IMG/VR virus record: IMGVR_UViG_3300028115_000009
Location: 1 to 64,000 of that record
Source: a virus
Reading direction: 5' to 3' (one strand)
Length of the DNA: 64,000 nt
Shown: one piece after another, positions 1 through 9,612 of the stretch
How the letters are laid out: every line of letters begins with the position of its first letter
Numbering within the stretch: the stretch's first letter is position 1
Translations under genes and position numbers: made by a program
The notes under the pieces: model-generated
What the model was told of the DNA's origin: nothing
Seen by the model: the letters and a program-made list of their open reading frames with translations, nothing else
Databases searched by the model: none

Positions 1-127
1 CATCAACGTCGGAGTCATTGCTATTATCGTCAGTGCTAAAACCAAGGGCGCGACAACCCTCTCGAAAAGCATCAAAGACAGGTTTGCTATTAAGTGCGCC
101 ATATTGTGTCCATAAACTAAATTTCAT
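1..127 (-). CDS. Partial CDS running off the left edge; probably another member of the glycosyltransferase-like cluster
   Basis: ATG at 127-125 with an open frame to the edge (MKFSLWTQYGALNSKPVFDAFREGCRALGF...). TAAATA lies upstream at 148-153. Function is inferred from context only. Confidence 0.55.
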   Translation of the reverse strand, partial: MKFSLWTQYGALNSKPVFDAFREGCRALGFSTDDNSNDSDVD

Positions 128-166
128 CTGTTAAATACCATATAGCATATTTACACGAGGAACACA

Positions 167-1009
167 ATGTCAGCAATAACTGTGGTAACAACATTTCACC
201 CAGCAGGGTTAACAACATATGGACAAAGATTTTTAGATAGTTTTGCAGCAAAGGTTGACAAACGTATTAAATTATTAGTGTATGCAGAAGATTGTAAACC
301 AATTAATCCCGATCCAAGTCGTATTGAAATACTTGATGCCCGAACAGCACTTCCAAAATTAAATGCTTTTAAAGAACGCTGGAAAGATGTACCCAAGGCA
401 AACGGTATTCCGCCGGATGATATTAAAGCAAGGCGTCCTAGAGATTGGAACAAAGAATTTAAATGGAACGCTGTACGCTTTGCTAATAAGACATATGCAG
501 TGTATGACGCTTGTGAACGTAGCAAAGGATGGTGTGTATGGATGGATGCAGATAGCTTTATCCACAGTCCTTGGAGTTACGAAGAGTTTAAAGATCTACT
601 TCCTAGCAATGCTTATATTACATATGTTGGTAGAGGTAAAGGATCTCAGACTTGGCCGGAGTGTGGGTTCTACGGTATGAATCTAAATCATCCTGTGTGT
701 CATAGTTTCTTAGAAGACTTTGAGCGTATGTACGAAGATGCTGAGAACGGTATCTTTACCTTAGAAGAATGGCACGACAGTTATGTGTTCGGTGAGCTAC
801 TAAAGAAGTATAGTGAATTTCCATCGCATGATTACAGTGCAGAAATGTATCTTAAAGAAGCAAAGACTGGTGGAGGCGGACATCCGTTAATTAATGGTCC
901 ACTAGGCAAGTGGATGGACCATATGAAGGGTGTTCGTAAAGAAGAAGGTCGTAGTCGGTCAAAAGACATCATGGTAAATAGAACTGAAGACTACTGGAGT
1001 AATAAGTGA
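167..1009 (+). CDS. Nucleotide-diphospho-sugar transferase-like protein (GT-A fold)
   Basis: VWMDADS DxD motif, RFANKTYA and EWHDSYVF segments, GAGGA RBS, and glycosyltransferase neighbourhood. Confidence 0.65.
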   Translation: MSAITVVTTFHPAGLTTYGQRFLDSFAAKVDKRIKLLVYAEDCKPINPDPSRIEILDARTALPKLNAFKERWKDVPKANGIPPDDIKARRPRDWNKEFKWNAVRFANKTYAVYDACERSKGWCVWMDADSFIHSPWSYEEFKDLLPSNAYITYVGRGKGSQTWPECGFYGMNLNHPVCHSFLEDFERMYEDAENGIFTLEEWHDSYVFGELLKKYSEFPSHDYSAEMYLKEAKTGGGGHPLINGPLGKWMDHMKGVRKEEGRSRSKDIMVNRTEDYWSNK

Positions 1010-1542
1010 AGCCAATTTTATTTAAAGTAATGGAAAGCATTATAGGCAATGCTAAGTGTGAATTCATTGGAGAGATCGGAACGCACAAGGGAGGTACTGC
1101 AAAACAATTTATTAATTTCTTTGCTCCTAGAGTTGAAAAACTAACGTACCATGGATATGATGTATTTGACTTTGGAATAGATAATGTTGAATTCCACAAA
1201 GGCGAACGCAATGGTAAAGCACCTGTAAAATTAACTACTGCAAATATTACTTTTGATAAAGTTAAACGAAAACATCAAAATATAGATATTAAATTGTTTA
1301 AAGGATTTACAACTGATACCTTAGAAACTACTATATTTGATTTTGTATATATTGACGGTGGTCATAGTTACGAAACTGTAAAGCACGATTATAGTAAAGT
1401 TAAAGACAGTAAAATTATTGTGTTTGACGATTGCAAGATTCCCGGAGTTCGGCAAGTAATTAATGAAATTAAAGAATCTGGAATAGACGTCGAAATGGTT
1501 ACTACTCCGTCAAAGCACATTTGGGCAGTTGTTAGGAATTAA
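1006..1542 (+). CDS. Class I SAM-dependent methyltransferase (Methyltransf_24-like)
   Basis: EIGTHKGGT motif I, FVYIDGGHSYETVKHD and IVFDD; GTG start overlaps the upstream stop. Confidence 0.8.
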   Translation: MKPILFKVMESIIGNAKCEFIGEIGTHKGGTAKQFINFFAPRVEKLTYHGYDVFDFGIDNVEFHKGERNGKAPVKLTTANITFDKVKRKHQNIDIKLFKGFTTDTLETTIFDFVYIDGGHSYETVKHDYSKVKDSKIIVFDDCKIPGVRQVINEIKESGIDVEMVTTPSKHIWAVVRN

Positions 1543-2461
1543 CGTACTGCCTCATATGACGCCAGGCACTGCCGTCTTCTAGTTCACTGAACTTCCAATG
1601 AAACATACTAATACGTTCTAGCCAATGCTGTCTGTCAAACTGTTGTGGTGATTCTAACTTCTCAAATCCAAGATGTGCTACTTCGGCACATTGACTTTTA
1701 GTAGCGTCTGTAATAAATGCGCTGTATCCCATAATAATAGGTCCAACAATGCTACTGCTATTATGATTAACAACAGCATGACAATTTTGTAAATCTTCTA
1801 CTATTGTTCGGTTAATAGGGCTTACGGTAACATGTTTAATTTGATTTAATAATCGCTGTATTTGAGGAGATCTTCTATTAGTTTGATTATCACTAGGATG
1901 CAATCTTACAATAATAGGTCTGTCAGAATGCACTCGTATTTTCTTACAAGTATCTAAAAGCCATGTATCTAAATTTACCTTACCCATGCTCCATCCGCCG
2001 TTGCGTTGAGCACAAATAAGAATATGCCTACCGCTAACTTTTGTATCTTCTATTTTGATGTTTAAGTCTTTAGATATTTGTTGCCAACGACTAGAGTCTA
2101 TACTATCATCAAAATAGTTTCCTGTATTAGGAAACACTCCATCAAAACTGTATCTTAAATAATGGTGGTTGTTTTGATTATTAGCGTAAAGAAATAAATT
2201 AGAATCAGCAGTACATACGTGTGTATTGTCAGTGCGATCAATTACACGCTGTCTTAATTGTAAGTGAGGTAAATTTTTTCCGTGCTCGTGCTGCCAACCT
2301 TGTATCATGCCTACATCACAATGCTGTAAATTAAATCCCCGATGTAATATTCCTGTATCGCCTGCTGCATTTACACCTTGTGTAAATTTTTTTAAGATAT
2401 TAAATTTTTCTTCGCTTTTGTTTTTAGCAGGAATTACATTGTAATAACTAACGACCTTCAT
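1532..2461 (-). CDS. Capsule-polysaccharide-synthesis-like (KpsS/KpsC-like GT-B) protein
   Basis: RPIIVRLHP and AVVNHNSSSIVGPIIMG, plus the C-terminal W..SELEDGSAW motif shared with two paralogs in this window. Confidence 0.55.
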   Translation of the reverse strand: MKVVSYYNVIPAKNKSEEKFNILKKFTQGVNAAGDTGILHRGFNLQHCDVGMIQGWQHEHGKNLPHLQLRQRVIDRTDNTHVCTADSNLFLYANNQNNHHYLRYSFDGVFPNTGNYFDDSIDSSRWQQISKDLNIKIEDTKVSGRHILICAQRNGGWSMGKVNLDTWLLDTCKKIRVHSDRPIIVRLHPSDNQTNRRSPQIQRLLNQIKHVTVSPINRTIVEDLQNCHAVVNHNSSSIVGPIIMGYSAFITDATKSQCAEVAHLGFEKLESPQQFDRQHWLERISMFHWKFSELEDGSAWRHMRQYVNS

Positions 2462-4148
2462 TGACTATGCTCCAAGCATACCCGTTCATCATCTCAGCTC
2501 GACTAAATTGACAATAGCTAAGATGTGCCATTAATGCAGTCATTTCATCTTTATCTGGAATATGCAATTTTTCAACATCAGCTAGACTAGTATTGCATAC
2601 CATAGACGCACAATTAGGTCCTAGTGTAATAGCAGGCTTTCCTACCATTAGTGCTTCTAGTGCTGCAATACTATTGTATGTAATTAAGCAATGAACATTT
2701 TGATCAAGAGCTGCTTCTAAAGAATTATTTGCAATTCGATCTGTACGCACCGGTTTAAGTCTAACTTCAATTGGTCGATCAGTATATTGTTTTAACTGTT
2801 CAGTTACAGATTGAATCCATTCTTCTGGACTAGGTTGATTAAATAATTTCATTACTTTGTCACTTGGCGGAACTAATAAAATTTTCTTGCCATCTCTAAA
2901 CTTCTTATATTTCCAACTAAGCAATCTATCGTGCGGGCGTTCAATAATAGGTCCTAGATTTTGTAAGTTATTCTTTGTAACTCTGTGCCAACCTTTTGAT
3001 TTGCTTTTACTGTTTCCAAAGTATCCAGTATCAATGGCATAAAAATCTCTACCAGTATTCCAGCAATGGACTACTGCTTCTCTGCTGCTTTTACCAACAC
3101 CTCTAATAATCAATGGTGACGATGTATTTTGTTCAGCCTCCCATGTACTTAATTTTCCGTTAACACCAATGCTTAACGCTTCTAAATATTCATCGTATAC
3201 ATAAGATTTATTATTGTAATTTAAATCATCGTTAAATATTGCAGCAACTTTATGTGTCTTACTTTCTTGAAATTTGTTTTGGATAATTGCCATTGCCTGT
3301 TCCTCTGTGTATCCGTAATATTGACCAGTGGGATCAATTGTTGAATATGCTAATGCTTTGATTGGTTCTTTTAAATGATCAGGCAACGTTAAATCCATAA
3401 CTGTTTTAGTACCTGTACGTTCATTTACTAATTTTACTGCTGTATTATGTTCTTCTTTTAATAGGTATTGTCTTTCGGCACGATAATATTCACTTGCATA
3501 TTCACAATCATAATATTCTTTAAACCAAGGACCACCTTCTGTGTAGTGTAAGAACTTTGGCTTGCCGTCTTTAGGTTCTTTATACCAGCCTACTAACCAA
3601 TTCCATTCGTGGCTTAAACTACCTATTTCGCTATCTTTTAACCAACTAAATCTATGCAAATACTTGCCATCTATCTTTGGATCATTAACAAATTCTTTAG
3701 TAAGTACACTATTGCTAGGATGTGAACAATTGATTAACATCATACTTGACCAATTTTTACGTGGATATACTGTTTGCTTTTGCCCATCCATTTTAACTCC
3801 TTCTTTAGGAGTGTAGTCGTGATGCGCACACATTACAGCAAACTTATCATTGCGTTGGGCAAATAATTTTTTAACGTCTTCTAATGCCACAAAGTCACAA
3901 TCAATAAACAATGCCCATCCATTAAATCCCATCATCTCAGGTACAAGGAATCGTGTAAATGTAAATTCCGTGCTAGCTAGTTTATCTTCGTCTCTCCAAT
4001 ATATACGATTTCTTTCACGTAACTCTTTTTGTTTTAACGGAATAACTTCAATAGGAACACTTGCAGTCTCAAGTAAACTGTACTTGCAGGTTTGGTATGC
4101 TATATCTTCTCTGCTGTCCCAGCCTACGAAAATCTTTAAAGGTTCCAT
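2448..4148 (-). CDS. Two-domain glycosyltransferase: N-terminal GT-A (GT8/CDI-like) fused to a C-terminal KpsS-like domain
   Basis: N-terminal half has FVGWDSRE, STEFTFTRFLVP, DCDF, YPRKNWSS and HYTEGGPWF. C-terminal half has RPIEVRLKP and ITYNSIAALEALMVGKP. Confidence 0.7.
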   Translation of the reverse strand: MEPLKIFVGWDSREDIAYQTCKYSLLETASVPIEVIPLKQKELRERNRIYWRDEDKLASTEFTFTRFLVPEMMGFNGWALFIDCDFVALEDVKKLFAQRNDKFAVMCAHHDYTPKEGVKMDGQKQTVYPRKNWSSMMLINCSHPSNSVLTKEFVNDPKIDGKYLHRFSWLKDSEIGSLSHEWNWLVGWYKEPKDGKPKFLHYTEGGPWFKEYYDCEYASEYYRAERQYLLKEEHNTAVKLVNERTGTKTVMDLTLPDHLKEPIKALAYSTIDPTGQYYGYTEEQAMAIIQNKFQESKTHKVAAIFNDDLNYNNKSYVYDEYLEALSIGVNGKLSTWEAEQNTSSPLIIRGVGKSSREAVVHCWNTGRDFYAIDTGYFGNSKSKSKGWHRVTKNNLQNLGPIIERPHDRLLSWKYKKFRDGKKILLVPPSDKVMKLFNQPSPEEWIQSVTEQLKQYTDRPIEVRLKPVRTDRIANNSLEAALDQNVHCLITYNSIAALEALMVGKPAITLGPNCASMVCNTSLADVEKLHIPDKDEMTALMAHLSYCQFSRAEMMNGYAWSIVNEGR

Positions 4149-4924
4149 TAATCTCTTCTCTCTATATCATCTTCTGTGAGTGTTACACCCATCCAAACTT
4201 CTACAACTCTAGCAGTTACATCGCCTATGTTAGTTGCCTTGTGCCATGTTCTATGAGGAATATCAATACTGCTTCCGGGATAGTATGTTTTAGATTTAGT
4301 ATCTCCATTTTGGTACTCTAAATCCATACGTATAATACCTTCAACAACATGCCAGTGCTCTGAGCGTTTAGAATGGCGTTGGTCGCTTAGTGCTTTGCCT
4401 GCGTCAAATTCAAGTTGTTTAACTTGCCAACCATCGCCTTTGTCTAGCACAGTGTATCTGCCCCATGCACGTTCTGTAGTAGGTTGGCCCCATTCTTTAA
4501 GAATCCAACTACTTGAATTTTTCTTATCCTGGCCGCCTACTCCGTAAGCAAAACTAACTTGGCCTTCGTCATAGTAATGGCGCTCTTCAGGAACATTACC
4601 TTGCTTGCGATCGCCACCGTTAGCAAATATAACTCGTAGATCAGGATCGTAGTCTCGGTCTCTTAACACTTGTTCAATTGCATTTGATGCTGTTCCGTCA
4701 CTATCGTCAAATGCAATTACTTCGTCTACCATTGACAAATTGCCAACAATGGCAGCACGTTCTTGCCAAGGCATAAAAGGACGACCCTTCTTTTGAGTAA
4801 GCCAATTATCGGAATTTAATCCAACTACTAAACGATCGCCTAGTGCTTTTGCTGCTTTGAAGTAGGCAAGGTGCCCGCTATGTAAAGGGTCAAACCCTCC
4901 TGTGACTAATACTACATTGTTCAT
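4148..4924 (-). CDS. Cytidylyltransferase-like (HIGH) domain fused to a mannose-6-phosphate-isomerase-type cupin
   Basis: TGGFDPLHSGH, GLNSD and FANGGDR; C-terminal ERAWGRY and LSDQRHSKRSEHWHVV cupin motifs. Confidence 0.8.
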   Translation of the reverse strand: MNNVVLVTGGFDPLHSGHLAYFKAAKALGDRLVVGLNSDNWLTQKKGRPFMPWQERAAIVGNLSMVDEVIAFDDSDGTASNAIEQVLRDRDYDPDLRVIFANGGDRKQGNVPEERHYYDEGQVSFAYGVGGQDKKNSSSWILKEWGQPTTERAWGRYTVLDKGDGWQVKQLEFDAGKALSDQRHSKRSEHWHVVEGIIRMDLEYQNGDTKSKTYYPGSSIDIPHRTWHKATNIGDVTARVVEVWMGVTLTEDDIERRD

Positions 4925-4986
4925 GTAGATATTTATATGCGTAGTTTATATAAATTATTTTTTATGAAAATTATTTTCTACAAGTT

Positions 4987-5523
4987 TCATTTTTTAAAAA
5001 CCAATCCGTATTTTTTAAAAAATTTACGTTTCATTGAACTCTTTTTTCTAAGTTCTTTTGTTAGTCTTTGATTAAAAGTAAATCCGTATTTTTCAAATAT
5101 TGCTATCCAGTATTCTTCCGTATTGCAGTTTACATGATGATGCCCTGGAGTATTAGGAGGAGCAAATGTCATGCAAACAGTTTTTCCTGAAGAAAAAGTT
5201 TGCATAAAATTATCTAGATATTTTTCTTCCACATGCTCAACAAACTCACAACTCCAAACTAAATCGAAACTTTTATCAAATGTCAAAGGGCCGTTTGTAT
5301 AATCGTGTATGCAAACTTTATTTGGATTTTTTCTTTCAACTTTAAAGTCTCCATCTACTCCTTGCACATCATATCCCAACGATAACGCTTCGTCAAGCAT
5401 GCCTCCTGGACCGCAACCAATATCTAAATAAGATGTAGCACCAGCTTTTTTAAAATACTCTAAAATGTTTTTATCGATGTGAGTTATGCCGCAATGGCCT
5501 CCTAAATGTGTTGGTAAATTCAT
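4987..5523 (-). CDS. SAM-dependent methyltransferase
   Basis: LDIGCGPG and FDLVWSCEFVEHV; likely start is MNLPTHLGGH at 5523, overlapping the upstream stop. Confidence 0.8.
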   Translation of the reverse strand: MNLPTHLGGHCGITHIDKNILEYFKKAGATSYLDIGCGPGGMLDEALSLGYDVQGVDGDFKVERKNPNKVCIHDYTNGPLTFDKSFDLVWSCEFVEHVEEKYLDNFMQTFSSGKTVCMTFAPPNTPGHHHVNCNTEEYWIAIFEKYGFTFNQRLTKELRKKSSMKRKFFKKYGLVFKK

Positions 5524-6428
5524 AATACTTCCTTTAAATGACTCCACATCAAGCCGTTTGTAATTTCTTCATTATTCCAAATTGTGTATGCAATTTTATT
5601 ACACCAAGTACTTATGTCAATATTATAATCCAGGGATTCAATTTTCGATAAATCCTTGTGTCCTATATCATATGCACTTGAGGTAGAACTTAATGTAAAA
5701 ATAGGGATTCCTTTTTCAACTGCTTCAACTGCACTATTACTGCTATAGGTAACAACACAATATGCATTATTTAGATCTTCTTCTAATCCTTTGCCGCCAT
5801 TTAATGTAGTCGTAGAATTATAATTTTTACTAACACTTATATTTTTATATGCATTGTTTAAATTCTCTTCTAACGCATAAAAAGTTTTTGCACCAACCGG
5901 ATGAGGTCTAACTACAATAGGTCTGTCAGTATACCGTCTAATAATTTTAATTTGCTCAATTATATAACTATCGAACGAATTGTATCCTGCATTATACATT
6001 TCTATTAATGCACTGTCTTTCTCTAATTGTCCCATTATAAGAATACTGTCTCCAGGACTATTCCAGTCAGCAAAAGATATGCCTGTATCTTTTTGTATTT
6101 TGTTCCAGCGATAATCATCTACATTGTTATTGTTAAAATTACCAATGCCGTTTTTATAACTGGTCCAGCCCCAACGTTTATAATTTGGCAGTTGTCTTAC
6201 CGCACCCTCTTCGCATACTAAAAAAGGTTTGTTAGAATCCAGTATAAATTTATAGATAGGGTTAAGTTTATTATTAAGATAAGGGTTATAAATGTTAAAC
6301 TGCACATATACATCTATATTAGCAGAAGTATATCTATTAGAGGTCATTAATGTATCCGGGCTAAATCCTTTTGCCCAACCTTCTAAAATTTTTCCTTTGT
6401 TTAATTTTTTAGTATTAAAAATTATCAT
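5520..6428 (-). CDS. Capsule-polysaccharide-synthesis-like (KpsS-like) protein
   Basis: RPIVVRPHP and VVTYSSNSAVEAVEKGIP; paralog of 1532..2461. Confidence 0.6.
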   Translation of the reverse strand: MIIFNTKKLNKGKILEGWAKGFSPDTLMTSNRYTSANIDVYVQFNIYNPYLNNKLNPIYKFILDSNKPFLVCEEGAVRQLPNYKRWGWTSYKNGIGNFNNNNVDDYRWNKIQKDTGISFADWNSPGDSILIMGQLEKDSALIEMYNAGYNSFDSYIIEQIKIIRRYTDRPIVVRPHPVGAKTFYALEENLNNAYKNISVSKNYNSTTTLNGGKGLEEDLNNAYCVVTYSSNSAVEAVEKGIPIFTLSSTSSAYDIGHKDLSKIESLDYNIDISTWCNKIAYTIWNNEEITNGLMWSHLKEVL

Positions 6429-7074
6429 TTAACAAAGTTTTAATTAATTTATCACCGTGATTAGAAATCCAATCTTTGTATAACTTTCGATCAGTTTCCA
6501 TATTAGAATTAACTTGGTTATAAGTTTCATCTAAAGATGTTTTTCCTGTTGACCAGTGTACGTGTTCAACTACAATATCTTCACGTAATACAATACAATT
6601 TAATCCTTCGCCGATGTATTGCCAGCTGTCATCTAAGAAAAAATGTTTAGTAGCAGGATGCCCAAACCAACCAACTGCTCTTACTAAATCTCCGCCACAA
6701 ACAGGATGTGTGGGCAAATGTTTCTTTTTCTGTTTACCTAAGTCATCAGGATGGGCAATTTTACGTAAGCCTGCTTCTTCAACAAGCTGTTTGTCCCAGT
6801 AGTTAGTACGAGGAACAATATCATCTGCTCCTAATCCGTACCAATCTTCGTTAGGATACTTATGAAACATTTCTTCCATTGCTGCTTTAAGTCCTTCCCT
6901 AGGACCAACAACTACTTCAAATGTATTAGGATAATCTAACGCAAGATATTCTTCTAACTTAGGATCATCGTCGTCTAATCTAACGTAGACTTTGCTACTG
7001 CCTTTAGTTGCAATATATGCTTCTATAAATCTTTTTAAGTTGTGAGGACGACCTCTAGTTGGTAAACTCCACAT
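6415..7074 (-). CDS. GT-A (GT2-like) glycosyltransferase
   Basis: LPTRGRP N-terminus, GLGADDIVP DD motif, and VVEHVHW. Confidence 0.6.
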   Translation of the reverse strand: MWSLPTRGRPHNLKRFIEAYIATKGSSKVYVRLDDDDPKLEEYLALDYPNTFEVVVGPREGLKAAMEEMFHKYPNEDWYGLGADDIVPRTNYWDKQLVEEAGLRKIAHPDDLGKQKKKHLPTHPVCGGDLVRAVGWFGHPATKHFFLDDSWQYIGEGLNCIVLREDIVVEHVHWSTGKTSLDETYNQVNSNMETDRKLYKDWISNHGDKLIKTLLNDNF

Positions 7075-7760
7075 TATAATAACCCCGGGTTTGCTGTTAA
7101 ACTTGCAGTACTGATATTGTTACCTTCTGCATAAAATGGATGCAATCTTGCTATAGTCGGCACTGTAGTCTTAAGATTAACTATCCTTGAATTAATTTGT
7201 TGATCTGCAGGACGATGACCGTTTACATTAATAAAATTAATAAGTTTTTTAGCAGCGTGAGGCTTTATTATATAAGAGTATGCACCTTTAAAATAATCTC
7301 TTAATCCGTATTTTACTACCTTTATAGGATTATTAGTATAATCTTCTACAGTTACTTTTAGATCTTTTTCTAAATCTAAATCACTATTATAAGTTCTGCT
7401 ATACGGATCCAGTCTATCTAATTTTAGTACATCATCAAACTGATCTAATAATAGCGGATCAATCGGTCGTATTAAGTAACCGTCATGTTCTAGAATAACA
7501 ATAGGTTCATTTAACTCTATACACTTTTGCCAAAGATAGTAATGGCTAAAAAAACATCCAACTACACCTAGTCTATCTTTTTTAAATTTTCCGTGTTTTT
7601 TTATATTTGTGTTCTTGTAATGAAACTCTGCATCATTGCCGTTTATTGCTTTAAAATATTCAGGGCGAAGTCCATATTTTACAGCTTGAAGCAAACATTC
7701 TTCTGCCATTTGACAAGAATGTTTGTTTTCTTCTAAGCGAATAATAAAACTCTTGATCAC
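7074..7760 (-). CDS. Glycosyltransferase family 25 (LPS biosynthesis-like)
   Basis: GCFFSHYYLWQKCI..PIVILEHDG, GAYSYIIKPHAAKKL and PADQ. Confidence 0.8.
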   Translation of the reverse strand: MIKSFIIRLEENKHSCQMAEECLLQAVKYGLRPEYFKAINGNDAEFHYKNTNIKKHGKFKKDRLGVVGCFFSHYYLWQKCIELNEPIVILEHDGYLIRPIDPLLLDQFDDVLKLDRLDPYSRTYNSDLDLEKDLKVTVEDYTNNPIKVVKYGLRDYFKGAYSYIIKPHAAKKLINFINVNGHRPADQQINSRIVNLKTTVPTIARLHPFYAEGNNISTASLTANPGLL

Positions 7761-8212
7761 AGACTTGCGTCTTCCATTCCTGCTACACGTAGTTTAACTA
7801 CGTTTGTAATCTGCCATTGCTTTTGATCAAGTGCTTTAAGAACGCCTAACCACTTGTTGCGCATTAGTGCAAATTCGTTAATAATCTTTTCATAGTCAAC
7901 AACATCTGCTTCGCCATCGACATAACGTTCTACGTCACGACTTGACAAAGCACGTTGATAGTTTTCAAGATATTTTTTAAAATACGAGCTACGCAACCTA
8001 CGTAGCTCGATATTTAAATAGTTGAGGATAGCTTCAATCTCTTGAAGTTGATTAAAGCGTTGTTCAACAATGCCTGGCATTTCAGCCGCCGCACGTTCTA
8101 CATTACCTTTGAGTTTTACCTCTTGTTTTGCAGATAACAATTCGTTTTCATAATGCGCTACTGCATCAGGAATTTTAGAAATGTCACGCGATACGTCTGA
8201 ATACCAGCCCAT
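7757..8212 (-). CDS. uvsY: Recombination mediator UvsY-like protein
   Basis: Helical 151-aa protein with YLENYQRALSSRDVERYVDGE and KALDQKQWQITNVVKLRVAG; lies downstream of uvsX and gp32. Confidence 0.75.
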   Translation of the reverse strand: MGWYSDVSRDISKIPDAVAHYENELLSAKQEVKLKGNVERAAAEMPGIVEQRFNQLQEIEAILNYLNIELRRLRSSYFKKYLENYQRALSSRDVERYVDGEADVVDYEKIINEFALMRNKWLGVLKALDQKQWQITNVVKLRVAGMEDASL

Positions 8213-8214
8213 TA

Positions 8215-8451
8215 TTAGTCCTCATCTTCCCATGGATCATCTTGTTCGTAATTTTCTTCATCAATGTCTAAGAAGTAATTAATTGCACCGTCTAGTACTG
8301 CATCTGAACCTAGCGTACTAGTTAGTGTATCATCTGCTACACCGTAGTCAGCTAACAAATCAACGAACCGCTCGGCTGCAAGTTCTTGATTCTTTTTATC
8401 AATGTACTCTTTAAATAAAGTCCACACTTCTACAATTTGACTTTCATCCAT
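8215..8451 (-). CDS. Small acidic hypothetical protein
   Basis: 78-aa ORF tightly packed between uvsX and uvsY, with a GAGGA RBS. Confidence 0.7.
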   Translation of the reverse strand: MDESQIVEVWTLFKEYIDKKNQELAAERFVDLLADYGVADDTLTSTLGSDAVLDGAINYFLDIDEENYEQDDPWEDED

Positions 8452-8454
8452 GGA

Positions 8455-9540
8455 TTATTCCTCGTAAGTTTCTTCGATTAAATCAGTTGTATCATTTTCT
8501 ACAACATCGTCGGTATTTACCACTGCTGCTGTTTTTTCATTGTACTCTGACATAATCATGTCCAATTTAGGACCGATCCATTGCTTACGATAATCAAGAT
8601 GTTCAACGCCTGCTAAGTCAACGTACTTGAGTCGATTGCCTTGCTTTTCTAACAAGCCTTTCTTCTCAAACAATTCAACTAGACCTGAATAAGGATTCAT
8701 ACCAGTTTCATAAGGAATCTTAACCTGCACACCTTCGAACGGTTTTGCATAGCGTGTCTTCATTACTTTACAACCAGCACGGATGCCCATTACTTCTGAG
8801 ATCTTATTGCCGTCTTCATCTTCTTTCAACTTCATCTTCTTCATTGCAACAACAATACTTGATGCATAGATAAAGCCTGAGCCGCCGCTGATCTTATCGT
8901 CTGGATCAAACATATCTTGTGAAGCATATGTGTGGTTAGTACAAACTAAGCCTACATTGTAGCTACCAATCATGTTTACAGTATTGCGGACTAATGAAGT
9001 TAGTGCTTTAGGCTTACGGCCCATATCACCCTTCATATCACCCTTTTGGAACTGATCAACGTCAGTAGGCGTTAACAGCATACCAAGTGAGTCAATTACA
9101 AACAATACTTTAGGACGATCTTCTTCAGCCATTGCTTTGTAATCTGTCATGAAAGTTGAGATAGTTTTCGCTACATCATCAATCATTGCCATATTAAGTT
9201 TAAGCAATTTATCTTCGCCTGTTTGCACACCTAGTGCATGCAACCAAGTTTCATCAAGTGCATTCTCTGAGTCAATTAGAACTACAAAGATACCTTGATC
9301 TTGTGCGTGTTTGATAATGTTTCCTGAACAGAAATAACTCTTACCTGCTCCTGATTCACCTGCAAACACAGTTACCTTACCTAGCGGAACACCTTTGTGA
9401 AAGTCGCCACTGATAAGAAAGTTTAATGCGTATGATCCTGTTGAAATCCAATCAGTAGGATCGTTAAATCCAGCACTCACGCCTGAGATACTTTTAGTCA
9501 AGTCCTTACGAAACTTGCTAACGTCAAATGATTTAGCCAT
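8455..9540 (-). CDS. uvsX: RecA-like recombinase UvsX
   Basis: Walker A GESGAGKS, IDSENALD, VIDSLG, TNHTY and SGGSGFIYASS; start at 9540 after an AGGAG RBS. Confidence 0.93.
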   Translation of the reverse strand: MAKSFDVSKFRKDLTKSISGVSAGFNDPTDWISTGSYALNFLISGDFHKGVPLGKVTVFAGESGAGKSYFCSGNIIKHAQDQGIFVVLIDSENALDETWLHALGVQTGEDKLLKLNMAMIDDVAKTISTFMTDYKAMAEEDRPKVLFVIDSLGMLLTPTDVDQFQKGDMKGDMGRKPKALTSLVRNTVNMIGSYNVGLVCTNHTYASQDMFDPDDKISGGSGFIYASSIVVAMKKMKLKEDEDGNKISEVMGIRAGCKVMKTRYAKPFEGVQVKIPYETGMNPYSGLVELFEKKGLLEKQGNRLKYVDLAGVEHLDYRKQWIGPKLDMIMSEYNEKTAAVVNTDDVVENDTTDLIEETYEE

Positions 9541-9569
9541 GTTTTCTCCTAATATAAAAAGCGGCAAAG

Positions 9570-9605
9570 GCTGTAGACTTGTTTTTAAAAATACAAGCCT
9601 ACAGC
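9570..9605 (-). other. Long imperfect hairpin between gp32 and uvsX (attenuator or processing site)
   Basis: GCTGTAGGCTTGT-ATTTTTAAAA-ACAAGTCTACAGC on the minus strand, followed by CTTTGCCGCTTTTT. Confidence 0.5.
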
Positions 9606-9612
9606 GTTGTTT

